Program-made: the position numbers and the translations under genes
Source: Squalus acanthias
Lineage: Eukaryota
Reading direction: 5' to 3'
DNA: 64,000 nucleotides
NCBI GenBank assembly: GCA_030390025.1
Contig: CM059432.1
Span: forward strand, 28,460,001-28,524,000
In this document: positions 48,495 through 60,979 of the stretch, piece after piece
How the letters are laid out: the number at the start of each line of letters is the position of its first letter
How positions within the stretch are numbered: position 1 is the stretch's first letter
The notes under the pieces: model-generated
Seen by the model: the letters and a program-made list of their open reading frames with translations, nothing else
What the model was told of the DNA's origin: nothing
Databases searched by the model: none

Positions 48495-49570
48495 CATCAA
48501 TGGTAAAACTGAAGTCAATGGGGATGAAGGGGAAAACTCTCCAGTGGCTAGAGTCATACCTGGCACAAAGAAAGATCAATGTGGTTGTTGAAGGTCAATC
48601 ATTTCAGCCCCAGGAGTTCCTTAGGGCAATGTCTTAGGCCCAACTACCTTCAGCTGCTTCATCAATGGTCTTCCCTCCATCATGTCAAAAGTGGGGCCGT
48701 TCACTAATGCTTGCACAGTGTTCAGCTCCATTCGCAATTCCTTAGATAATGAAGCAGTTCATGCCCGCATGCAGCAAGACCGGGACAACATCCAGGCTTG
48801 GGCTGATAAGTAGCAAGTAACATTCGCGCCACACAAGTGCTAGACAATGACAATCTCCAACAAGTGAAAGCCTAACCGCCTCCCATTGATAGTCAATGGC
48901 ATTATCATCACCGAATCTCACACCATCAACATCCTGGGGTCACCAATGACCAGAACTCAGCTACATAAATGCCGTGGCTAATGGAGCCGGTCAGAGACTG
49001 GGTATTCTGCGGCAAGTGGCTCACCTCCAGACTCTCCAGAGCCTCTCCACCACCTACAAGGAACATGTGAGGAGTGTAATGGAATACTCTCCACTTGTCT
49101 GGATGTGCACAGCTGCAACAACACTCAAGAAGCTTGTTACCATCCAGGACAAAGCAATCTATTTGATCAGTACCTCATCCACCAGCTTAACCATCCACTC
49201 CTTCCACTACCTGCGTACCGTGGCTGCAGTGTATACTATCTACAGAATGCTCTCCCAAAAGGCTGCTTCGGCAGCACCTGCCAAACCTGTGACCTCCACC
49301 ACCTAGAAGGACAAGCAGCAGGTGCATGGGAACACCCTCACCTCCAAGGTTCCCTCCAAGTCTCAAACCATCATGACTTGGATATATGTTGCCTTTCCTT
49401 CATTGTCACTGGGTTAAACTCCTGGCACTCCTTACAGCATTGTGGGAGTATCTTCACCAGATGGACTTCAGAGGTTCAAGAAGGCCCACCATCACCTTCT
49501 CAAGGACAACTGGGGATGAGCAATAAATGACAGTCTTGCGAGTGAGGCCTAGATCCTGAGAATGAATTAA
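48495..49570 (+). mobile_element. decayed LINE of a distinct CR1/L2-group family (RT 3' half to tail)
   Basis: ggagttccttagggcaatgtcttaggcccaac (GVP.G.VLGP), YKEHVRSVMEYSPLVW and LVTIQDKA motifs; tail caccttctcaaggacaactggggatgagcaataaatg. Confidence 0.8.
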
Positions 49571-50280
49571 AATACTATGCCCTATATACTTGAGTACAAG
49601 GGCAAACAACTGGCTGAGCTTAAGGGAGTAATTCGGTCTGGACATGTTCCTAATGTTCATGAACTGCCCAAGTTACTTGTTATTCCAGATTTGATGAGGC
49701 ATGTCCCACTCAGAGCGAGGTCTCTGTAGTAATGCTATTAGAACCAGACGCTAAAAGGATAGAAGTCAGATGCTTGACTGCAGTGTATGGGCTGTATGTG
49801 CTCAAACAATAGAAGTGCTCCTATTTGTTTCTTGTCTATGATGGTAAGCAATAGGGCCAATGCAGGAGCAAATTATTTTTGTAAATATTTTTTTTTTATA
49901 ATAATTTTTACCTACTGATCCAGGTGTGGGAAACTGGCGAAAAGTATACTTTCCATTTTGGATGCCTGGTGTCAAGTTCAGGGTTACCAGGGCATGAAAC
50001 ACAGAAAACCCCTTCTACTCTGCTTTCAGCATTGTACCTTGGTCTCAAGCTCCAAAAAGCACTCCTGACACAGTTTCTCACACCAGCTGTCTTTTGGCCT
50101 CTGAGAACGATTGCCAAATTTAGTGCTAGCTGATACCAAATTAGGGGATGTTTGAACCTCGATTAAGACCCAAAAGGGTCCTCACGAAAACGTAATTTCA
50201 TCATTCTGGGCTGGATGAAATCCAGTTTTGCAGAAAATTCACATTTGGACACAAATGGGTATATAACAGAACACACATAC

Positions 50281-50363
50281 CATTTCTGCAGATAATCCTG
50301 GGCCTCCAAACGAGCTCCCACCTCAAACACAATTCCTGGCCGACTTGGGGGATTTCTGCTCAT
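50281..50363 (-). CDS. PHF20L1: PHF20L1 first coding exon ([28 protein letters not shown]..), start of Tudor 1
   Basis: ATG at 50363; 83 coding nt ending AAA TG|GTATGT; upstream acceptor ttccttag at 50405-50406 gives a ~41-nt 5'UTR part; peptide closely resembles the recalled PHF20L1 N-terminus ([28 protein letters not shown]). Confidence 0.95.
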
Positions 50364-50574
50364 CCTTATCTCTCCTCCTTTTATTAATCACCCTTTTCTA
50401 CTGCCTAAGGAAAGAGAAACATTTTTCATTAAGTAATTAATTCATTTTTCTTTTTTCTTGAAAGCATAACCCCAAGTAGTGTTCATGGCGGTTAAGAGCT
50501 GAAGCCGAAGTAGGCTGGAATTATTTGGATGGCAGGTAGCAATATTGAGAAAGGAAGGGAATGAGACAGCAAGC

Positions 50575-50805
50575 AAGAGAGGCAGATGGGCACGGGGTGG
50601 GGGGGACTGAGGGACCGAGAGCAGGGGGGGGGGGGGGGGGAAGAGAGACGAGGGACCGAGCGCGAGGGACCGAGGGACCATGGGGGAGGGGGGGGGGAGA
50701 GGAGGGGCGAGCGCGGGGACCGAGGGGGAGGGGGGGGGCCGGGCGAGGGACCCGGGGGGGGGGTGAGAGTGAGAGGGGAGTGACCGAGACCGAGGAAGGA
50801 AATCT
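50575..50805 (+). repeat. G/purine-rich low-complexity tract with repeated gggaccgag units
   Basis: Many G runs of 3-17 nt and about six gggac(c/t)gag-like units. Confidence 0.9.
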
Positions 50806-51010
50806 GCCATCCTTACCCGGCCTGGATTATTTGTGACTCCAGACCTACAGCAATGTGGTTGACTCTTAGCTATCCTCTGAAATGGCCTAGTAAGCCACTC
50901 AGTTGTATTTAAGGCGGCGACTCGTCACCACCTTCTCAAGGGCAAATAGGGATGGGCAACAAATGCTGGCCTTGCCGGCGACGCCCACATCCCATGAATG
51001 AATAAAAAAA
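50806..51010 (+). mobile_element. SINE 3' half, family of 36538-36870
   Basis: gccatccttacccggcctgga...gtgactccagacc...caccaccttctcaagggcaaatagggatgggcaacaaatgctggcc, then a poly-A tail. Confidence 0.8.
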
Positions 51011-51084
51011 GGAAATAGTTTCTCTCTATCGAAACTATCATAGCCTTTAATCTTTTTAAATACCTTCTTCTATCCATAATTTAA

Positions 51085-52642
51085 CCCTCTAAGCCCAGTT
51101 ATCGTCTCCCAAATCCATGCCCATCTTTCCCGCAATTCCATGTCTGAATCACTCCAATCAGGTTTCCGCCCCTGCCACAGTACCGAAACGGCTCTCATCA
51201 AAGTCACAAATGGCATCCTTTGTGACTGTGACAAAGGTAAACTATCCCTCCTCGTCCTTCTTGACATGTCTGCAGCCTTTGACACGGTTCACTACTCCAT
51301 CCTTCTCCAACACCTCTCAACCTTCGTCCAGCTGGGTAGGACTGCACTCGCCTGGTTCCATTCTTATCTATCTAATCGTAACCAGAGAATCACCTGCAAT
51401 GGCTTCTCTTCCCGCTCCCGCATCGTTACCTCTGGTGTCCCCCAAGGATCTATCCTTGGCCCCCTCCTATTTCTCATCTACATGCTGCCCCTCGGTGACG
51501 CCATTGGGCGACACAGCGTGAGTTTCCACATGTACGCTGATGATACCCAACTCCACCTTTCCTCCACCTCTCTCTCTCTCTAGCCCTCCACGGTGTCTAT
51601 ACTGTCACACTTCTTGTCCGACATCCAGCACGGATCAGCCCCTTAGCGACATCATCCAAAAATACAGCGTCAGTTTCCACATGTACGCTGACGACACCCA
51701 GTTCTACCTCACTACTACTTCTCTCGACCCCTCCACGGTGTCTAAGTTGTCAGACTGCTTGTCTGACATACAGTTCTGGATAACCAAAAATTTTCTCCAA
51801 TTAAATATTCGGAAAACACAAGCCATTGTTTTCGGTCCCCGCCATAATCTCCATTCCCTAGCCACTGACTCCATCCCTCTCCCTAACATCTGTCTGAGGC
51901 TGAACAACACTGTTCGCAACCTTGGTGTCATATTTGACCCTGAAATGAGCTTCCGACCACATATCCGCAGCATAGCAAAGACCGCCTACTTCCACTGCCG
52001 TAACATCGTCCATCTCCGCCCTTGCCTCAGCTCATCCGCTGCTGAAACCCTTTGTTACCTCTAGACTTGACTATTCCAACGCACTCCTGGCTGGCCTCCC
52101 ACATTCCACCCTACGTAAACTTGAGGTCATCTAAAACTCGGCTGCCCGTGTCCTAACGCGCACCAAGTCCCGTTCGCCCATCACCTCTGTGCTCGCTGAC
52201 CTACATTGGCTCCCGGTTAAGCAGCCACATCGATTTCAAAATGCTCATCCTTGTTTTCAAATCCCTCCTTGGCCTCGCTATCTCTGTAATCTCCTTCAGC
52301 CCCACAAACCACCCCACCCCGAGATATCTGCGCTCCTCTAATTCTACCCCCGAGGATCCCTGATTATAAATCGCTCAACCATTGGTGGCCGTGCCTTCTG
52401 TTGCCTGGGCCCCAAGCTCTGGAATTCCCTACCTAAACCTCTCCGCCTCGATACCTCTCTTTCCTCCTTTAAGACACTCCTTAAAACCTACCTCTTTGAC
52501 CAAGCCTTTGGTCACCTGCCCTAATTTATCCTTACGTGGATCGGTCGGTGTCAAATGTTTTTGTCTTAAAATACTCCTGTGCAGCGCCTTGGAACGTTTT
52601 ACTATGTTAAAGACGCTATATAAATACAAGTTGTTGTTGTTG
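51085..52642 (+). mobile_element. L2 LINE 3' half, composite of two copies
   Basis: [44 protein letters not shown] occurs twice; (gtt)n tail. Confidence 0.92.
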
Positions 52643-53508
52643 GTGAATCTGCACTGCACCCACTGAAGGCCAAAGTATCCTTCCCAAGGTTTCAGTGCCC
52701 ATAACTGAATGCAGTACTCCAGAGGTCTAACCAGAGTTCTATACAACTGTTGCATAACTTCCACCCCTTTGTATTCCAGCCCCTTGAGATGAGGGCTAAC
52801 ATTCCATTCACCATTTTAATTAGTTTTTGTACCTGTCCAATAGGTTTAATCGTTTCTGTAAATGGACCCCTAAATCTCCCTGCGCCTCCACAGTTTGTAG
52901 CTTCTCACCATTCAAAATACTCTGATCTATTTTCTTCGGTCCAATGTGGATGACCTCACACATCCCCACATTGAACGCCATCTGCCACAGTTTTGTCCAC
53001 TCACTTAATCCGTCAGTGTCCCTTTGCAAGTTTGCGCTCCCACATACGCTACTTACTGTGCCACCTAACAGTGTCATCAGCAAACTTGGATATATGGCTC
53101 TCTATTCCTTCATCTAAGTCATTGATAAATATAGTGGAAAGCTGAGGCCCCAGTACAGTTCCCTGGGGGATACCACAAGTCACATCTACACGTCAAAAGG
53201 TTTCCTCCAATTCATGCTCTCTTATTTTTGCTAACAGTTTCTTGTGTGGAACCTTACAAATGCCTTCTGGAAGTCCATATAAATAATATCTATACACTCC
53301 CTTATCTACCACATTAGTCACCTCCTCAAAAAATTCAATTAGATTAGTTAGACATGATGAAATCCATGCTGGCTCTCTCTCTGATCAGTTCATATTTGTC
53401 TAAGTGCTCAGTCACTCTGTCCCTGATGGTAGATTCGAGTAACTTCCCCACAACAGACATTAGACTAATAGGTCTTTAATTTCCTGGATTATCTCTCCCA
53501 CCCTTCTT
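52643..53508 (-). mobile_element. CR1 LINE fragment
   Basis: rc [12 protein letters not shown] and LQRDTDGLSEW..LWQMAFN motifs. Confidence 0.85.
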
Positions 53509-53769
53509 AGGAACATAGGAAAATGAGTAGGCCATTGAGTCCCTTGAGCCTGTTCTGCCATTCAATAAGATCATGACTGATCTGCGACCTAACTCCATAC
53601 ACCCGCCTTTGCCCCATATCTCTTAATATCTTTAGTTGACAAAAATCTATCAATCTCAGATTTAAAATTAACAATTGATCTTGCATCAATTGCCATTTTC
53701 AGAAGAGAGTTCCAAACTTCTACCACCCTTTGTGTGCAGAAGTATTTCCTAATTTCACTCCTGAAAGGA

Positions 53770-55463
53770 GAAATAGTAAAGTATTCTACAAACACAAATA
53801 ACAGAAAAATCAGGATAGGGATACACACGATAAGCTCTCAGGTAATGGCAGAAATACTAAATAATTACTTTGCCTCAGTATTTACCACGGAGACTAACAT
53901 GACATTGGAAGAAGAGATCAAAAAAGATATAAAATCATTTAAGATAGAAAGGGGGGAGATAATAAACTAATCAAACTTAGAGAGGTTAAAACTCCTGGTC
54001 TGGATGGATTGTATCCGCGCGTATTAAAAGTTAGGGAAGAGGTAGCAGAGGCGCGATTACATATATATAAAATTTCATTAGAAAAGGGAATAGTGCCATA
54101 GGACTGGCAGACAGCTAATGTGATTCCTATATTTAAAAAGGGAGATAGAACAAGTCCAGAGAACTATAGACCCATTAGTTTAACGTCAGTGGTAATGGAA
54201 TCCTTATTCAAAGATGTAATCGAAAAACATCTAGAAACTGAAAATATAATAGTCAGCACGGATTTCAAAAGAGAAGATTTATTGAATTCTTGAAGAAGTG
54301 ACAGAAAGGGTAGATAAGGGTAATGCAGCAGACGTAATATATTTAGATTTCCAAATGGCCTTCGATAAGGTGCCGCATAGTAGGCTCATGACTTGAGGTC
54401 AGAACATGTGAAGTTAGGGGTCAGGTAGCAGAATGGATAGCAAGCTGGCTACAAAACAGAAAATGAAGGGTAGGGGTTAAAGGTAGCTACTTAAGACTGG
54501 CAAAAGGTGGGAAGTGGTGTTCCACAAGGATTGGTGCTGGTACCACTATTGTTCACATTTACATAAACGATTTGGACTCGAGAATCGGAAGTACAATTTC
54601 AAAATTTGCGGACACCAAATTGGGAGGTGTAGTTAATACAGAGGGGAACTGTGACAAAATACAGGAAGGCATTAATAAACTTGTAGAATGTGCATATAAT
54701 TGGCAAACGAACTTCAATATAGCCAAGTGTGAGGTGGTATATTTTGGTCGGAAGAATCCTTGGAAAATAAGTGTCTAAATGGGGTAGAGGAGCAGAGGGA
54801 TCTGGGGCTACAGATGCATAAATCATTAAAAGTAGCGACACACGTTAATGCCATTAAAAAAAAGGGATAGAATTGAAAAGCAGAGAAGTTATGTTAAACT
54901 TGTATAGATCCTTGGTTAGGCCACATTTGGAGTACTGTGAACAGTTCTGGTCTCCATATTATAAAAAGGATATAGAGAGACTGGAGAAGGTGCAAAAAAG
55001 ATTTACTAGAATGATGCCAGAACTGAGGTTATACCCATCAGGAAAGATTGAACGTGCTGGGGCTCTTTTCTATAGAAAAGAGAAGACTGAGGGGTAACCT
55101 GTTAGAGGTCTTTAAGATTATGAAAGGGTTGGGATAAGATAGATGTAGAGAAGATGTTTCCCCTTGCGGGGTAGACTAGGGGTCATAAATATAAGATAGT
55201 GACTAATAAATCGAATAGGGAATTCAGGAGACACGTCTTTACCCAGAGTGTGGAACTCACTACCATGTGGAGTAGTTGAGCCGAATAGCATAGATGTATT
55301 TAAGGGGAGGCTAGATAAACACATGAAGGAGAAAGGAATAGAAGGAAATGCTGATGGGGTTAGAAGAAGAAGGGTGGGAGAGGCTCGTGTGGAGCATAAA
55401 CACCAGCATAGACCAGTTGGGCCAAATGGCCTGTTTCTGTGCTGTAAGTACTATGTAACTATG
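53770..55463 (+). mobile_element. CR1 LINE, subfamily of 18257 and 39450
   Basis: MAEILNNYFASVFT, RPHLEYCEQFWSP and WNSLP motifs; (actatgta) tail. Confidence 0.9.
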
Positions 55464-55871
55464 TCTGGCTCTAATTTTTAGACGATGCCCCCTAGAATCC
55501 CCAACCAGCGGAAATAGTTTCTCTCTAGCTACCCCATCTTTTCCCCTTAATATCTTGAAAATTTCGATCAGATCACCCCTTAACCTTCTAAATTCTAGGG
55601 AATACAACCCTAGTTTGTGTAATCTCTCCTCGTAACTTAACCCTTGAAGTCCGGGTATCATTCTGGTAAACCTACACTGCGCTCTCTCCAAGGCCAATAT
55701 AACCTTCCTAAGGTGTGGTGCCCAGAACTGCTCACAGTACTCCAGGTGTAGTCTAACCAGGGTTTTGTACGGCTGCAGCATAACTTCGACCCCCTTGTAT
55801 TCTAGTCCTCTAGAAGTAAAGGCCAGCATTCCATTAGCCTTTTTGATTATTTTCTGTACCTGTTCATGACA

Positions 55872-56111
55872 CCACCACCTCCAAGTCACACACCATCCTG
55901 ACTTGGAAATATATCGCCATTCCTTCATCATCGCTGGGTCAAAATCTTGGAACTCCCTCCCTAACAGCACTGTGGGAGTACCTTCACCACACGGACTGCA
56001 GCGGTTCAAGGCGGTGGCTCACCACCACCTTCTCAAGGGCAATTAGGGATGGGCAATAAATGCTGGCCTTGCCAATGACGCCCACATCCCATGAAAGAAC
56101 ATTTAAAAAAG
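55872..56111 (+). mobile_element. 5'-truncated LINE tail, family of 48495-49570
   Basis: Flanking tgaca direct repeat (55867-55871, 56112-56116); near reverse complement of 18672-18930. Confidence 0.82.
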
Positions 56112-56889
56112 TGACATTTTAATGTTCTATGTCCCTGGACCCCCAGTGTTTTTAGCCTTTCACCATTTAGAAAGTACCCTGTTCTATCCTTTAGGTCCAA
56201 AGTGGATGACCTCACATTTGCCTACATTGAAATCTATTTGCCAGTTTTGCCCATTCACTTAAACTGTTGATATCATTTTGTAAATTTATGCTTTCATCTA
56301 CACTGCCTACAATGCCACCTATCTTTGTGTTATCGACAAATTTGGATAGATGACTTTCTATGCCATCATCTAAGTTGTTAATAAATACTGTGAATATTTG
56401 AGGCCCCAACACAGATCCCTGCGGGACACCCCTAGTCACATCCTGCCAATTTGAGTACCTACCCATTATCCCTACTGCCTGTCCCCTGCCGCTCAGCCAA
56501 TTTCCTAACCAGGTCAATAATTTGCCCTCAATTCCATGGGCATTAGTTAACAGTCTCTTATGTGGGACTTTATCAAATGCCTTTTGGAAGTCCATATAAG
56601 TAACATCCATAGACATTCCTCTGTCCACTACTTTAATCACCTCCACAAAAAATTCAATCAGGTTGGTCAGGTATGACCTACCTTTCACAAATCCATGCTG
56701 GCTCTCTCTGATCAACTGAAAATTTGAGGTGTTCAGTTACCCTATCCTTAATTATAGACTCTAGCAATTTCCTGACAACAGATGTTAGGCTAACTGGTCT
56801 ATAATTCCCTGGTTTCTCTCTCGCCATTCTTAAATAGTGGAGTGACATGTGCAATTTTCCAATCTAAAGGAACGGTTCCTGAATCTTAA

Positions 56890-57120
56890 ATAGCTATAGC
56901 ACCTTTCACAACCTCAGGATGTCCCAAAGTGCTTTACAGTCAATTAAGTACTTTTGAAGTGTAGTCACTGATGTAATGTAAGAAACAACAGCTAATTTGC
57001 ACACAGCTCCCACATGCAGCAATGTTATGAGACCAGATAATCTGTTTTAGTGATGTTAGTTGAGGGATTAATATTGAATATTGGCCAGTACATCGGGGAC
57101 AACTCTCCTGCTCTTCCTTG
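56890..57120 (-). mobile_element. Deu-domain SINE 3' part; the 5' part resumes at about 60995-61070
   Basis: Matches 26510-26730; the continuation matches about 26815-26925. Confidence 0.8.
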
Positions 57121-57124
57121 TATC

Positions 57125-59350
57125 ACTCTCTACCCATATTCACCTTTCTCCTCCCAATCCCACTTCTTTCTGTGTCCGCCCCTGGAAAAAACTCTCCCTC
57201 AAGTCCCTTACCACTTTCTAATTCCCAACTACCTAGCCTTTGGTCTACAATTCGTCATGACATTTCTGCAGCTACTGATTTGCTAAATCACACCCTCTCC
57301 ACCACCTTTGATGCCCTTGTCCCCACTAAAACCATTGCACTCTCTCACGATAGTCATTCCCCTGGCATACCCCTTATCTCCGCTCCTTTAAGTCCAAGGG
57401 ACTCAGATTTGAACAGATTTGAACATCTTTGGCGGACAACTGGTCTAACCATCCATCGCAGATATGGCTGGATCATATAAAGCATTATCGGGTCCAGCTC
57501 TCCGTCGCTAAAACTGCCCACTATTCGAAGATCACCCAGGAAGGCAAAGATAATGCCAGGCTTCTCTTCACCACTAACCGTCTTCTGAAACCACCGTCCC
57601 CTGCCTCCTCCTCCCTCACCTCCAACAATAAATGCGAGGAGCTCAAGGACTTTTTTGTTAAAAAGATTGAGAACATCCATTCAACTGCCTCTGCTACTTC
57701 CCTCCCTTCCCCTAGCCCAATGGACCAAACTTCCTCTCAGTTCCCCCCCCTGCCCCAACTCTGAATTTGCATGTTTCTCTCCCATGTCCCCTGATGCCCT
57801 TTCAAAGCTCATCTTGTCAATGAGACCGACCTCCTGCTCTCTCGACCCTATTCCTACTAAACTGCTGACCACTCAAACTCCCTTCCTGGCTTCAATTTTA
57901 TCTGATATTGTTAACAGTTCTCTCTCCTCAGGTATTGTCCCCCTCTCCTTCAAATCTGCTGTCATCACCCCTCCTCAAAAAAAAAATCCTTGACCCCTCC
58001 GTCCTTGTAAATTATCACCCCCCATCTCCAACCTCCTTTTCCTCTCCAAAGACCTTGAACGTGTTGTTGCCTCCCAAATCTGTGCCCACCTTTCCTGGAA
58101 CTCCTTGTTTGAATCCCTCCAATTAGGTTTCTGCCCCCGCCACATTACCAAAACGGCTCTTAAAGGTCACAAATGACATCCTAATTGACTGCGACAAAGG
58201 TAAACTAACCCTTCTCGGCCGTCGTCCAGCTGGATGGGACTGCACTCGCCTGGTTCCATTCCCATCTTTCCAGCCGTAGCCATTGAATCACCTGCAATGG
58301 CTTCTCTTCCCACTCCCGCACTGTTACCTCTGGTGCCCCCCAAGGATCTATCCTTGGCCCCCTCCTATTTCTCATCTACATGCTGCCCCTCAGTGACACC
58401 ATCCGGCGACACAGCGTGAGTTTTCACATGTACGCTGATGATACCCAGCTCCACCTCTCTCTCTCTCGAGCCCTCCACGGTGTCTATACTGTCACGCTGC
58501 TTGTCCGACACCCAGCACGGATCAGCAGAAATTTCCTCCAATTAAATATTGGGAACACCGAAGCCATTGTCCAGTTCACGCCAAAAAAGCTCCGTTCCCT
58601 TGCCACCGATTCGATCCCTCTCAACTGTCTGAGGCTGACCAAGTCTGTTCGCAGTCTTGGTGTCATATTTGATCACAAGTTCAGCTTCCTACGTCATATC
58701 CATCCGATCACTAAGACCGCCCATTACCACCTTCATAACTGCGCCCGTCTCCGCCCTTGCCTCAGCTTATCTGCTTCCAAAATCCTCATCCATGCCTTTG
58801 TTACCTCTAGACTTGACTATTCCAATGCACTCCTGGTCGGCCTCCCTAGTTCTACCCTCCATAAACTTGAGGTCATCCAAAACTCTGCCGCCCGTGTCCT
58901 ATCTCGCACCAAGTTCTGCTCACCCATGTCCCCTGTGCTCGCTTACCTACACTGGCTCCCAGTTAAGCAATGCCTCGATTTTAAAATTCTCATTCTTGTT
59001 TTCAAATCCTTCCATGGCCTCACCGCTCTCTATTTCTAATCTCCTCCAGCCCTATAATCCCCGTCGAGATCTCCGCGCTCGGACAATTCTGGCCTCTTGA
59101 ACATCCCCAATTTTACTTGCTCCACCACTGGCGGTCGTGCCTTCAGCTGCCTAGGTCCTAAGCTCTGGAACTCCCTCCCTAAATCTCTCTGCCTCTCTAC
59201 TTTTCTTTCCTCCTTTAAGATGCTCCTTAAAACCTACCTCTTTGACCAAGCTTTTGGTTATCTGCCTTAACATCTCCTTATACAGCTATGTGTCAAATTT
59301 TGTTCTTTGATAACGCTCCTGTGAAGTGCCTTGGGATGTTTTATTACGTT
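57125..59350 (+). mobile_element. L2 LINE, long decayed copy
   Basis: [33 protein letters not shown] and LHWLPV motifs; the last tail bases resume at about 60719. Confidence 0.92.
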
Positions 59351-60718
59351 GGATTTGTAAAAGATAGGTCTGACGAACCTGATTAATCACCTATTCAAAA
59401 AATTCAAAGTAGTTGACAGGGGGATGTCTATGGATGTTATTTATATGGACTTCCAGAAGGCATTCGATAAAGTCCCTCATAAGAGACTGTTAACGAAGGT
59501 TGAAGCCCATGGAATTGAAGGCAAATTATTGACCTGGTTAGGAAATTGGCTGAGCAGCAGGTGACAGAGAGTAGGGATAATGGGCAGGATGTGACTAGTG
59601 GTCTGTGACGCAGGGATCTGTGTTAGGGCCTCAACTATTCACCGTATTTATTAACGACTTAGATGATGGGATAGAAAGCTACATATCCAAATTTGCCGAT
59701 GACACAAAGATAGGCGGCATTGTAGATGAAGGCATAACATTACAAAGAGATATTGATAGATTAAGTGAATGGGCAAAACTGTGGCAAAGGATTTCAATGT
59801 AGGCAAATGTGAGGTCATCCACTTTGAACCTAAAAGAATAGAATCATAGACTGGTTACAACACAGAAGGAGGCCATTCAGCCCATCGAGCCTGTGCCAGC
59901 TCTCTGCAAGAGCACTTCAGCTAGTCCCACTCCCCTGCCCTTTCTGGATAGAACAGGGTACTTTCTAAATGGTGAAAAGCTAAAAACAATGGAGGTCCAG
60001 GTACATAGATCATTAAAATGTCATGAACAGGTACAGACAATAATCAAAAAGGCTAATGGAATGCTGGCCTTTATATCTAGAGGACTAGAATACAAGGGGG
60101 TAGAAGTTATGCTACAGCTATACAAAGTTTGGTCAGACTACACATGAAGTTCTGTGAGCAGTTCTGGGCACCACACCTTAGGAATGATATATTTTTGGGC
60201 ACCACACCTTAGGAATGATATATTGGCCTTGGAGGGAGTGCAGCGTAGGTTTACCAGAATGATACCAGGACTCCTGGGGTTAAATTACGAGGAAAGATTA
60301 CACAAACTAGGGTTGTATTCCCTGGATTTTAGAAGGTTAAGGGGTGATTTGATCGAAGTTTTCAAGTTATTAAGGGGAACAGATAGGGTCGATAGGGAAA
60401 CTATTTCCGCTGGTTGGGGAGACTAAGACTAGGGGACATAGTCTAAAAATTAGAGCCAGACCCTTCAGGAGTGAAATTAGGAAACACTTCTACACACAAA
60501 GCGTGGTAGAAGTTTGGAACACTCTTCCGCAAACAGCAATTGGTGCTAAATCAATTGTTAATTTTAAACCTTAGATTGATAGATTTGTGTTAACCAAAAG
60601 TATCAAGGGATATGGGCCAAAGGTGGGTATATGGAGTTAGGTCTCAGACCAGCCATGATCTCATTGAATGGTGGAACAGGCTCGAGGGGCTAAATGGCCT
60701 ACTCCTGTTCCTATGTTC
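59351..60718 (+). mobile_element. CR1 LINE inserted in the L2 tail
   Basis: [18 protein letters not shown] and LRGDLIEVFK motifs; (gttcctat) tail; nested antisense CR1 tail at about 59838-59945. Confidence 0.9.
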
Positions 60719-60741
60719 AAGGCGCTATGTAAATGTAAGTT

Positions 60742-60979
60742 CCACAGAATCACAGAATCCCCACAGTGCAGATAGAGGCCATTTCGGCCCATCGAGCCTG
60801 CACCAACACATATCCCACCCTATCCCCGTACTTAATCCCCCTAACACTAAGGGTCAATTTTTTATCATAGCCAAATCAACCTAACCCGCACATCTTTGGA
60901 CTGTGGGAGGAAACCGGAGCACCCGGAGGAAACCCACGCAGACACGGGGAGAATGTGCAAACTCCACACAGACAGTCAC
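60742..60979 (-). mobile_element. V-SINE (HE1-like), 5'-truncated, with CR1-type tail
   Basis: V-domain rc gtggagtttgcacattctccccgtgtctgcgtgggtttcctccgggtgctccggtttcctcccacagtccaaagatgtgc; flanking aagtt direct repeat. Confidence 0.85.

Larger units (their letters stand above)
53509..56887 (-). mobile_element. CR1 LINE interrupted by an opposite-strand CR1 (53770-55463) and a LINE tail (55872-56111)
   Basis: cactcctgaaagg at 53769 continues as tctggctctaattttt at 55464; SQHGFVKGRS, MDFQKAFDKVPH and GVPQGSVLGP motifs. Confidence 0.88.

Noticed and set aside
46198..50363. Assignment to the paralogue PHF20
   Set aside because: [29 protein letters not shown], DWxALVKAA and [20 protein letters not shown] fit my recollection of PHF20L1 rather than PHF20; a reciprocal BLAST would settle it
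50442..50836. Pro-rich and Gly/Arg-rich ORFs
   Set aside because: Artefacts of the G-rich low-complexity tract
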